Source of the DNA: a virus
Taxonomy: Duplodnaviria; Caudoviricetes
Reading direction: 5' to 3' (one strand)
Length of the DNA stretch: 57,421 nt
Virus record (IMG/VR): IMGVR_UViG_3300031566_000036
Location: 1-57,421 of that record
Part shown: positions 1 to 7,480 of the stretch, piece after piece
How positions within the stretch are numbered: position 1 is the stretch's first letter
How the letters are laid out: every line of letters starts with the position of its first letter
Notes under the pieces: model-generated
Seen by the model: the letters and a program-made list of their open reading frames with translations, nothing else
Databases searched by the model: none
Told to the model about the DNA's origin: nothing
Translations under genes and position numbers: made by a program

Positions 1-153
1 GAAGCCTTCGGGCATGGCTTCTTTGAATGGGTACACTTCGGGATTTTTGTCGCCTACAAGGTCGAAGACTACTCGCCCGTGCTTCTTCGCCTTTTCGGGT
101 GTAGGCTTAACGGTTGGTTTTGCCGGCTCAGCGGCGGGTTTTACTCTTGCCAT
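1..153 (-). CDS. Early hypothetical protein, truncated by the window edge (MARVKPAAEPAKPTVKPTPEKAKKHGRVVFDLVGDKNPEVYPFKEAMPEGF...)
   Basis: Not in the ORF track. ATG at 153, AAGGAG RBS upstream, frame open to the edge. Shares MPEGF with the 572-955 protein. Confidence 0.8.
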   Translation of the reverse strand, partial: MARVKPAAEPAKPTVKPTPEKAKKHGRVVFDLVGDKNPEVYPFKEAMPEGF

Positions 154-184
154 AAATTTTGCTCCTTATTCAAAAATTTCGTTG

Positions 185-247
185 TTGGCCGTCTCATCAG
201 CAACGGTCGCCAATCCGTTGGACGCGGACTCCGTTCCGCGTTTCGAT
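185..247 (-). ncRNA. Type II hammerhead ribozyme HH1
   Basis: Minus strand reads AUC GAAA CGCGGA-ACGGAG-UCCGCG UC/ CAACGG-AUUGGCGA-CCGUUG CUGAUGA GAC GGCCAA. Predicted cleavage 221/220. Stem II is only 2 bp; UUGGC/GCCAA pseudoknot. Confidence 0.88.
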
Positions 248-248
248 T

Positions 249-422
249 TTAAAAGATTTCAATCATTCGATTCAGTTCGATGAGCGCCCTTGCATAGCAC
301 TTGTCGCCCTCATCACCAAAGGTGTTTACAAAAATCATCAAGCATTCATCATGCTCTTCAGTGTCACTGCCTTCTTTTTGCAAAGCTACGCTCTGCTTGA
401 AGATGTCATCGTCCGTAAGCAT
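249..422 (-). CDS. Early hypothetical protein (57 aa, MLTDDDIFKQ...)
   Basis: Start moved to the ATG at 422, which follows an AGGAGA RBS. The longer ORF runs through HH2. Confidence 0.75.
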   Translation of the reverse strand: MLTDDDIFKQSVALQKEGSDTEEHDECLMIFVNTFGDEGDKCYARALIELNRMIEIF

Positions 423-445
423 TTTATTTCTCCTATAAAAATGTT

Positions 446-517
446 TGACTTGTCTCATCAGGCAGTGGAAGTCACTCACTACGACGCGGTACAGTCCGTT
501 GCACCGCGTTTCGACAA
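446..517 (-). ncRNA. Type II hammerhead ribozyme HH2
   Basis: UUGUC GAAA CGCGGUGCA-ACGGAC-UGUACCGCG UC/ GUAGUG-AGUGACUUC-CACUGC CUGAUGA GACAA GUCA. Predicted cleavage 483/482. Confidence 0.92.
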
Positions 518-571
518 TCATCCATGATTTAATATAGACCAACCAGCTTCTTGCTGGTGGTAGCCCAACAG

Positions 572-955
572 CTATTCAGCCGCGGCTGCAGCGATAAGAG
601 CCTCAACGTCAATCCCTTGAGCGATGAGCTGCGCTTTGAGTTCGTTCATCTTGCTGTTCAAGCGTACAATTTGTTTCTTCTTGCGACGGTCAGCAGCTGA
701 ACCCATCGTTCGGCACTCTTCGGCCTGTGCTCTGAAGCCAGCCATCTTGTACGCCATTTCCTCGGCGCGGTGGTCATAGTAGAGCGCCTCAGTTGTGAAG
801 TTTCTTTTCTTCAAAGGTTTGTAGTCTTTGAAGTTGAATCCTTCGGGCATGACGACGTTATACGCTTCTTTGGCAATCTTGAAGCCTTCGCGTTTCTTGT
901 TGACCTTTACTGTTTTGACTTCGACTGTGATTGCTTTTTTGTTTGACTTTGCCAT
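572..955 (-). CDS. Early basic hypothetical protein with C-terminal coiled coil
   Basis: 127-aa ORF, AGGAGA RBS, Lys/Arg rich. Confidence 0.85.
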   Translation of the reverse strand: MAKSNKKAITVEVKTVKVNKKREGFKIAKEAYNVVMPEGFNFKDYKPLKKRNFTTEALYYDHRAEEMAYKMAGFRAQAEECRTMGSAADRRKKKQIVRLNSKMNELKAQLIAQGIDVEALIAAAAAE

Positions 956-994
956 TGTACTATCTCCTATGTTTGAAGTTTTGAAACTTTTCTG

Positions 995-1051
995 AGTCTC
1001 ATCAGTGTCACCTTATAGTGACAGACGCGGAACGGATTCCGCGTTTCGACT
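995..1051 (-). ncRNA. Type II hammerhead ribozyme HH3
   Basis: AGUC GAAA CGCGGAA-UCCG-UUCCGCG UC/ UGUCAC-UAUAAG-GUGACA CUGAUGA GACU. Predicted cleavage 1024/1023. Confidence 0.93.
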
Positions 1052-1056
1052 TTAAT

Positions 1057-1302
1057 CTATTCTTGACAATACTTTGTACCGTCTTCGTCGATGCATCCAC
1101 AATTATCGCATGTGATTGGTTTGATTAAAGCGGTGCGAATCTTTTTCATCGCTTTACTCCAACTCTCTTCAGCTTTTTGCAATTGCAATTCGATGTCGCC
1201 AATCATTACTGCTTCTGTGTTAGGATTGTCAGTAACAAAATTCGTCTTGCGTAAAAGTTCGAAAAGATATTCAACCTGTTCTTTTGTAAGTTCTACGTTC
1301 AT
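1057..1302 (-). CDS. Early hypothetical protein with C-terminal Cys cluster (CDNCGC..YC)
   Basis: 81-aa ORF, AGGAGA RBS. Confidence 0.8.
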   Translation of the reverse strand: MNVELTKEQVEYLFELLRKTNFVTDNPNTEAVMIGDIELQLQKAEESWSKAMKKIRTALIKPITCDNCGCIDEDGTKYCQE

Positions 1303-1333
1303 TTTAATATCTCCTATAAAAATGTTTTGGCTT

Positions 1334-1397
1334 GTCTCATCAGCACGAGCTCTTACTCGTGGACGCCCGACATGAGGTAATCATCGGGCGTTTCGAC
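1334..1397 (-). ncRNA. Type II hammerhead ribozyme HH4
   Basis: GUC GAAA CGCCCGA-(UGAUUACCUCAUG)-UCGGGCG UC/ CACGAG-UAAGAG-CUCGUG CUGAUGA GAC. Predicted cleavage 1362/1361. Confidence 0.92.
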
Positions 1398-1438
1398 TTG
1401 CATGCCGTCCGTGACATTACTACAATCCTTGGAGATTA

Positions 1439-1765
1439 TTATGAATCCAACTTTTCGAGCTTTGCTTGAACGGCGGCGAGTTGAGCTTCCAACGTCTCGC
1501 GACGTTTCGTAATGCGCTCAGCTTTCTTTGCTTCGCGTTCGTCCTTAGTCGCTTCGAGGATGATTGCCTTCTCGACGTTATTCGCAATCGTTCCAATGCG
1601 AGCAGCAACCCGTACGATTTGTGGAGCAAACCGCACCATGATGTCGTCCGATACTCCAACGATGCAAATTGATTTTGCAATGTCTTTCAGGTTGGCGACT
1701 GTGCCGGGAGTTGTGTCAATGTTTGTGTTGGTTCGGACCGTGGTTTTCTTTGTTGACTTTGCCAT
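1439..1765 (-). CDS. Early hypothetical protein with C-terminal coiled coil
   Basis: 108-aa ORF, AGGAGA RBS. 5' UTR nearly identical to that of 572-955; both proteins start MAKS. Confidence 0.85.
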   Translation of the reverse strand: MAKSTKKTTVRTNTNIDTTPGTVANLKDIAKSICIVGVSDDIMVRFAPQIVRVAARIGTIANNVEKAIILEATKDEREAKKAERITKRRETLEAQLAAVQAKLEKLDS

Positions 1766-1804
1766 TTTACTATCTCCTATGTTTGGGGTTTTGAAACTTT
1801 TCTG

Positions 1805-1861
1805 AGTCTCATCAGCACTGCCTTATAACAGTGGACGCGACTTCCGTGTCGCGTTTCGACT
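1805..1861 (-). ncRNA. Type II hammerhead ribozyme HH5
   Basis: AGUC GAAA CGCGAC-ACGGAA-GUCGCG UC/ CACUG-UUAUAAGG-CAGUG CUGAUGA GACU. Predicted cleavage 1834/1833. Confidence 0.93.
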
Positions 1862-1862
1862 T

Positions 1863-2057
1863 TCATTTTGCAACTTGACCAATGCCACATTCATTTTTGA
1901 ATTTGAGCGCTTGGTGTTTTTTAGCGAAGCCAAACAACAATCGTCCGTCGTTGTCAGCATGGCCAAAAAATTCACCATGATGTTTTTTGCAAGCTTGATG
2001 AAATGTGTGAAGCAATACGTTTTCGTTTCTGCCTGCTTGAATAAATACCTTTGCCAT
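1863..2057 (-). CDS. Early hypothetical protein (64 aa, MAKVFIQAG...)
   Basis: Start moved to the ATG at 2057, behind an AGGAGA RBS. Confidence 0.8.
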   Translation of the reverse strand: MAKVFIQAGRNENVLLHTFHQACKKHHGEFFGHADNDGRLLFGFAKKHQALKFKNECGIGQVAK

Positions 2058-2137
2058 TTTAATATCTCCTATAAAAATAGTTAGGTTAAAAAACATGAGT
2101 CCGAGCAATGATATTCGATTGCTCGGTGTCGCGTCTT

Positions 2138-2386
2138 TTAATCTTCAAGAATTTCGATGTTTTCACAAAGGTCAAGATCTTGCCAAAACATTTGAATCAT
2201 TTGACAAAGTTCTTCAAACGTTCCAGTGTATTTGACTACGGGCCAACATCCACCCGGTCCAACTTCTTGGACAACTTCAACATCAACATCGTTGTCTTGA
2301 CAATATTGTTGTAGGTAACAATTTCTGTCGAGATTCATCGTGTCAAGTTCAACACAGCTAATTTTGTCGTTTCTTTTTGTTGCCAT
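2138..2386 (-). CDS. Early acidic hypothetical protein
   Basis: 82-aa ORF, AGGAGA RBS, first gene of the early operon. Confidence 0.82.
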   Translation of the reverse strand: MATKRNDKISCVELDTMNLDRNCYLQQYCQDNDVDVEVVQEVGPGGCWPVVKYTGTFEELCQMIQMFWQDLDLCENIEILED

Positions 2387-2409
2387 AATTCAATCTCCTA
2401 TAAAAATGT

Positions 2410-2478
2410 TTGGCTTGTCTCATCAGCACGGTTTGCCAATTTCCGTGGAACCGCGAGATGGCTCTCGCGGGTTTCGAC
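2410..2478 (-). ncRNA. Type II hammerhead ribozyme HH6 (variant cleavage site)
   Basis: GUC GAAA C CCGCGAGA-GCCA-UCUCGCGG UUC/ CACGG-AAAUUGGCAAA-CCGUG CUGAUGA GAC AAGCCAA. UUC triplet with a C-U mismatch in stem III. Predicted cleavage 2448/2447. Confidence 0.85.
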
Positions 2479-2538
2479 TTTAGGAGATTAGTGACTTATT
2501 CTTTTACTGCTTGCTCACAAGCAACAGCAGTGACAGTA

Positions 2539-2587
2539 GTCCAACTCAGAGTCCCAGGATATTCTATCCGTCCAACTTAGAGTCCCA
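2539..2587. repeat. Two 18-bp direct repeats GTCCAACTYAGAGTCCCA
   Basis: Copies at 2539-2556 and 2570-2587, one mismatch, separated by a small GGATA..TATCC hairpin. Confidence 0.85.
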
Positions 2588-2776
2588 TGTCCGCTTCGCA
2601 GCAGTCACTCAAAAAAATTTTTGATACCATCGAATTTTACCGTAGCGTCAGAATTTCTTGCGTGCTTCTCAGCCGGGTCGCATCTCGGCGTCCGCCCATT
2701 CGACATTTGCTACAGTCTCATGCCCTTGTTTTTGGCACCGTATTATTAACTTATCAATCAATCAATTTCAATTACA

Positions 2777-2804
2777 ATTATACCATATAGTATAAAAATG
2801 TAAA
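2777..2804 (-). promoter_or_regulatory. Sigma70-type promoter for the early operon
   Basis: TTTACA-16 bp-TATAAT with extended TG and an upstream A/T tract. Same design as the promoter at 16701-16729. Confidence 0.75.
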
Positions 2805-3034
2805 CTAAAAAATAAAATTTTTCTTAAAATTTATCATATTTTTTCTGCATCCGTAAAGTGTTATAAACAATGGCTTTATATCTCACGTTTAAGGCCTCTA
2901 CAAGCCTCGTGGAGGCACTTTACTATTCTCGTGTATAATCAATCGAGCAATTGAATAAAGTTTAATGGCGCTTGATTTAACCGGCATTTAACCATATATA
3001 ATAGAGTATCGACAATAACGGCGATGGGATTAAC

Positions 3035-4981
3035 TTAAATAAATTTTATTTCAGCTGCTTTATCTTTCGACGCTATTTTCCAATTTTTATCAGATGTGCC
3101 ACATGACGTTCGCATAGGCACACGAAATTTGAAAGTAACGTTTTCAATCTCATCTTTAATTTTCTTTAGGGTAGTGACATCTTTTGATAGCCCTATAGGA
3201 TTGTACTGAGCGGTCTCATCATGTACTGAAGCGAAAAAGTCAATTCCTAAATCGCGAATGAATTTATTATACCGTGGAGCGAGTGCAACGGTTCGTTCTT
3301 TCATAACGTCAGCGGCAGTTGACTGAACGATAGTATTAAAAGCACGATAGGACGCTTGCTCAGGTAAATGACGATGCCGACCGTAAGCATTAAAAACATA
3401 ACCTCGACTCAAAAGATTATTTGATGCGGCAGTTGTTGCAATTCTTAAACCCGGTAACGTGCTATGATACTCTTGATAAACATTCTCTCCACGCTTAAAA
3501 CAAAGCATCTCAAAAACTCGCAAGCGTTGGTCTTCTCGAACCTTGCCGGCTGCAACCAATTCTTCGACTTTATTCAAAAGACCACCTACAAGCTCCATGT
3601 TTAACGCGAGCATTGAAACTACTTTCTTCTTGCCACCACCGAATGCAATTGCAAAGTTTACGTTTTTCGCTGGGCCTCGTGGAATGCCACACATCTCTGC
3701 AACCCAATTATGAAAGTCAGTATCTGGGTTTTCATTATAAGCAACAATTGCGTTTTTATCTTTGATATAATGTACGATAATTCTGAATTCGATTTGTGAA
3801 AAGTCCCAACTAATAATTTCTTGACCTTCGGGCGGGTGTACGAGTTCTTTTGCTTCTTCAGATAACTGTTGAGAGTTTGGTCGACGACAAGACATTCTAC
3901 CAGTGCGCACAATTTGATTATAATCTGGGTGCATAACACCGTTAACTTCGTGCTCAAGGTACGTCGTAAGAAATAAACTGTTAAGCGTGTGCAATTTTCG
4001 GTATGCTTGGACTTTGTTCACTATTGTAGTCAATAATTCTGATTCTTGTACAAGTGGATGCGCAAGATACGAAATCAATGCGGCTTTATCGAATGATGGT
4101 TCAAGTTTTTCAGTACGACCTAAAATAGGTAAACCGTACTTATTACATAGTACTTCATAGCAGTCTGCATTCGTATGTGGTCGAATCGCATAACCTGTGA
4201 GTTTATGCAGCTCTTCTTCTAATTGTGACAACCGATAAAGCGTGACTAATTGTTTTTGCTGAAGTTCAAGTCGGTCAACGTGAAGGCCAATAACTTCCAT
4301 ATCAAACAAAACTGGAGTTAATAAAATCTCTGTTTCCCATACCGTTTCTGTTTGCTCATGCCGTCGTCTTAAGATATAGCGATGCAACTTCCTATTTGTC
4401 AAAACATCTTGACAGGCGTACTCTCCAATAATGTCTCCGGGTACGTCGCCGTAGTTCTTACTCTTGCACCCAGCAAGGTACGCCTTTAGTCTATCTTCAC
4501 TTTTTGAAGTATCTTCTTCAAGCCATTCACGCGACAGGGTATTTAACTCATAACCAAAGCGGTCTGAATTAATAATTTTTGAAAGTGTATTAGTATCGAC
4601 TAATCGACAATTAAAAATGATCCCGTCTTGCTTTGCAAAGTGTGCATCGAATTTAACATTGTGGTTCACCCACTCGTAGCAAGAGTTTATTTGTTCTTCT
4701 GCCCAGTCCAAAACAGGGTCAAGCGGAAGATTCCACTTTTCATGTGTACACCTTATCGGCACGTACCACGCTCCAGGTACATCATCTGCAGTAGCGGCAA
4801 TACCGCAAATCCTATGTCCATGATACGGTTTAAACGCTGGTTCATTTGAGTCAAAAGACGTCGTCTCCGTATCAAGGTACAGCGCTTTCGCGTTTTTAAG
4901 ATTCGGCAGTTCACTTAAGTTTTGAATTAATCGACCGCCATTAGGAAATTGTAACACGATTCGGTCTCCAAACATTTCCAT
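3035..4981 (-). CDS. polA: Family A DNA polymerase with 3'-5' exonuclease domain
   Basis: Exonuclease motifs DTET, HNVKFD, YACQD. Polymerase motifs TGRMS, DFSQIEFR (A), AKNVNFAIAFG (B), VHDE (C). Confidence 0.95.
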   Translation of the reverse strand: MEMFGDRIVLQFPNGGRLIQNLSELPNLKNAKALYLDTETTSFDSNEPAFKPYHGHRICGIAATADDVPGAWYVPIRCTHEKWNLPLDPVLDWAEEQINSCYEWVNHNVKFDAHFAKQDGIIFNCRLVDTNTLSKIINSDRFGYELNTLSREWLEEDTSKSEDRLKAYLAGCKSKNYGDVPGDIIGEYACQDVLTNRKLHRYILRRRHEQTETVWETEILLTPVLFDMEVIGLHVDRLELQQKQLVTLYRLSQLEEELHKLTGYAIRPHTNADCYEVLCNKYGLPILGRTEKLEPSFDKAALISYLAHPLVQESELLTTIVNKVQAYRKLHTLNSLFLTTYLEHEVNGVMHPDYNQIVRTGRMSCRRPNSQQLSEEAKELVHPPEGQEIISWDFSQIEFRIIVHYIKDKNAIVAYNENPDTDFHNWVAEMCGIPRGPAKNVNFAIAFGGGKKKVVSMLALNMELVGGLLNKVEELVAAGKVREDQRLRVFEMLCFKRGENVYQEYHSTLPGLRIATTAASNNLLSRGYVFNAYGRHRHLPEQASYRAFNTIVQSTAADVMKERTVALAPRYNKFIRDLGIDFFASVHDETAQYNPIGLSKDVTTLKKIKDEIENVTFKFRVPMRTSCGTSDKNWKIASKDKAAEIKFI

Positions 4982-5468
4982 TGCATGTGACTATTGCATG
5001 ACAACTATTACACAATAGCACTCCATTCTTTGGATCGTTATTATAATGGTTTCCGTCAAGATGGTGCGCTGAAAGCTTCCTACCATTATCTTCTTTCATT
5101 TTACCACATATTTGACAAACTTTATCTCGAACTCGAATAGTCTCACAAAACCTCTTTGATTCTACACAAAATCCGGTACTATAATTTGAATTATTTTTGC
5201 CAGTTCGATCATGTGTTTTATCAAATTTTCTTATTCTTCTTTTAGACACTTCTCGTTGTAAACACCCGCAACTTTTTGTATGCCCAATTCGTAGATAGTT
5301 TCCCTGTATAATCTTTTTTGTATCACAATCACATTGACATAAATAATAATCACAGCCTTTTAATTTAGATGTTTCTTTGTCATAATGCAAAACTAAAAGA
5401 CGCCCAAATTTCTTGCTAATCATTTTTAGTTGCTCTTGACCTGCTGTTCCTATAAATCCTCTTGGCAT
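4941..5468 (-). CDS. HNH homing endonuclease
   Basis: N-terminal FGRL..CQCDC..SCGC domain; CQIC..HHLDGN..N..LLCNSCH. Confidence 0.88.
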   Translation of the reverse strand: MPRGFIGTAGQEQLKMISKKFGRLLVLHYDKETSKLKGCDYYLCQCDCDTKKIIQGNYLRIGHTKSCGCLQREVSKRRIRKFDKTHDRTGKNNSNYSTGFCVESKRFCETIRVRDKVCQICGKMKEDNGRKLSAHHLDGNHYNNDPKNGVLLCNSCHAIVTCNGNVWRPNRVTIS

Positions 5469-5482
5469 AATAGTTCCTTAGT

Positions 5483-5950
5483 TTAGCGTAGTGACTTCCA
5501 ATGTTTTAATAGTACTAACTGCGTTTCTATTCTTAAATTTAACTCGTCGATAATATCAAGTTTGCATTCTTTTAATAAGTCTACACCATCTAAACTTCTG
5601 TACTCTTCAGACCAAATAACACCTACGATACTTGAGCAATTTAATATCGCCCTTGCACAAGCTTCACAAGGCGACTTTGTTGTATATAATAAACTCGGCT
5701 TTGCAAAGTCGTTGTTGAACTTTATAACAGCGTTAAGTTCAGCATGAATGCATCCGCAGTTACCTGGCACTCCACTGCAAGAATCATTTGGTAAATGTTT
5801 CGATGGCCCGTTATATCCAATCGAGTATATTGCGGAGCAATCCGTAGGAAAAATAATTGCACCTACTTGTAAACGCTTACATACCGACAATGACTCTAAT
5901 AACTTTCCCATTTGAATAAACGTTTTTAGTTTTTTCAAATACCGTTTCAT
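5483..5950 (-). CDS. dCMP deaminase
   Basis: VGA, GYNG, HAELNA and PCEAC zinc motifs. Confidence 0.9.
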   Translation of the reverse strand: MKRYLKKLKTFIQMGKLLESLSVCKRLQVGAIIFPTDCSAIYSIGYNGPSKHLPNDSCSGVPGNCGCIHAELNAVIKFNNDFAKPSLLYTTKSPCEACARAILNCSSIVGVIWSEEYRSLDGVDLLKECKLDIIDELNLRIETQLVLLKHWKSLR

Positions 5951-5952
5951 AG

Positions 5953-6552
5953 CTATTGTTCCTTAAATAGGCGATTCTTCCCAGAACCATCATCGGTTAT
6001 TTCCCAGCATATAAACTTTTCTTGTTTCCAACCTACTGGGACATTGTAATACGAAAATTCAAAAATCACATTTCTTAACTCAGTTCTTCGGCAGTGCCAT
6101 ACACAAAGGTCATGTTTATTTCCGCAGTTTATTTTTTGGCCTACCGCATAAACAATCGTTTCGTCAATCTTACCTTCGTTTGTCACTGTTCGTACAGTGC
6201 CGGGTCCGTTTGCAATTTCCATAACAGCCGTGCCTTGCTCTTGAATTAAAATGCAACCTCTGAACCCGCAATCCTTTGGGTTAATTTTATCAGCAACGAT
6301 TAATTGTAGGCCAGTGTCGAACCACTTGGACGCTTTTTTAAGTAGTATGAACTTGGGTATCGTTGGAAAGTGCGGCGCTATTAAGTTTGGTCCCAGTTCA
6401 TCACGATAAAATGTTCGAACGCTGAATGAATTTCGTTGACCCACAAAGTCACTGATTTTTAATTCCTTCATCGAGGTTATAAGCACACTATTCTCTGCGT
6501 TCAGACCAAACTTTCGCGGCAGTTGAACTCGCTGAAATTTATTTCTTCGCAT
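5953..6552 (-). CDS. Hypothetical protein in the nucleotide-modification cluster
   Basis: About 200-aa ORF coupled to its neighbours; no recognised motif. Confidence 0.65.
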   Translation of the reverse strand: MRRNKFQRVQLPRKFGLNAENSVLITSMKELKISDFVGQRNSFSVRTFYRDELGPNLIAPHFPTIPKFILLKKASKWFDTGLQLIVADKINPKDCGFRGCILIQEQGTAVMEIANGPGTVRTVTNEGKIDETIVYAVGQKINCGNKHDLCVWHCRRTELRNVIFEFSYYNVPVGWKQEKFICWEITDDGSGKNRLFKEQ

Positions 6553-7480
6553 TTTCAAATCCCTTTCGTAATACCGGTGAAAAGATTACGTTCTCATCAT
6601 GACCAAACTTTCGAGCACAACACGACACTAAATCGTATAGCATTCCTTCGCCCAATGAACGTTGTTCTGCGATTCCGTTAAGCCCGTTTCGATACCTGCC
6701 TTCAGCACACAACGCAGTTTGGATTTGTGAACGCCAAACTCCGATGTCTCGCGGCCAGTCATGTCGTAAGTCTATGTTAGCGCGATACTGCCGACCTATG
6801 GGAACAAGCAGTGATTCTTTGGCAGCTTGCCAATTCTTTTCGTACAGATGCATGCTACCAACTTGATGCGTGTAGGTTCCGTACTTAACATTTAATGCAT
6901 CGGCGATTAATCGCTGCAAACAAGTAAATGCGAATATATCGTACGGTGTACCGAGCCATGCATCATTGCTACGCATTGTAGCAATTAAATGTAATGCACC
7001 ATTCCGTATCAAAAATTGTAGGCTCATGGTACATGGCAAGTCTTTATGGTCAGCAAGATATGCGTGCTCTAAGTCACTACCTTGCCAAAATGAAATAAGC
7101 GCTTGCCGTGAATTCGGATTTTTATGCAAAACATCAATCAATAAACTAAGTTGATTGAACTGTTTTATTCGAGCGCCGTACGCGCCAAACGCAACGCCAT
7201 CTTCTGCGAAATTTACGTACTGCGGCGCATATGCAATTAACATTTCGATTTTACCCGTGCCCGATAAGTACCACAGTGTTTCAGCCGCGGCATACATTGG
7301 TGACAGTTTACGTCGTGGGTTTAATAAAAACGTTGACTCAATATTTAGTAACGTCGCACTATACCCAGTGACTTCTTTTATTTGCCCCACGCGACTTGGC
7401 ATTTCCCGTCCCGTCGCAATGATATTATGAACTACGTTTAACCATAATTCATCAATGTTACTGTACGCATTATTTCCCAT
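6539..7480 (-). CDS. Thymidylate synthase-family enzyme, dCMP hydroxymethylase-like
   Basis: SRQA, DLPCT, MRSNDAWLGTPYD, SMHLY. Asp at the position where dUMP-specific ThyA has Asn (PFN). Confidence 0.85.
   Translation of the reverse strand: MGNNAYSNIDELWLNVVHNIIATGREMPSRVGQIKEVTGYSATLLNIESTFLLNPRRKLSPMYAAAETLWYLSGTGKIEMLIAYAPQYVNFAEDGVAFGAYGARIKQFNQLSLLIDVLHKNPNSRQALISFWQGSDLEHAYLADHKDLPCTMSLQFLIRNGALHLIATMRSNDAWLGTPYDIFAFTCLQRLIADALNVKYGTYTHQVGSMHLYEKNWQAAKESLLVPIGRQYRANIDLRHDWPRDIGVWRSQIQTALCAEGRYRNGLNGIAEQRSLGEGMLYDLVSCCARKFGHDENVIFSPVLRKGFENAKK

Noticed and set aside
423-542. N-terminal extensions of ORFs 249-542 and 1863-2108
   Set aside because: They run through a ribozyme or intergenic hairpin, and strong AGGAGA RBSs mark the downstream starts at 422 and 2057.
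185-2478. Early-region repeats as a CRISPR array, integron attC sites or terminators
   Set aside because: The spacers are whole genes, the conserved bases are exactly the hammerhead core, the stems vary freely, there are no U tails, and no cas or integrase gene is present.
14-2790. Plus-strand ORFs in the early region (and throughout the window)
   Set aside because: They are antisense shadows of RBS-bearing minus-strand genes, with no convincing RBS or motif.
2820-3034. Second origin or terminator after polA
   Set aside because: AT-rich with only a weak hairpin (GCCTC..GAGGC); no clear repeat or U-tail structure that I can support.
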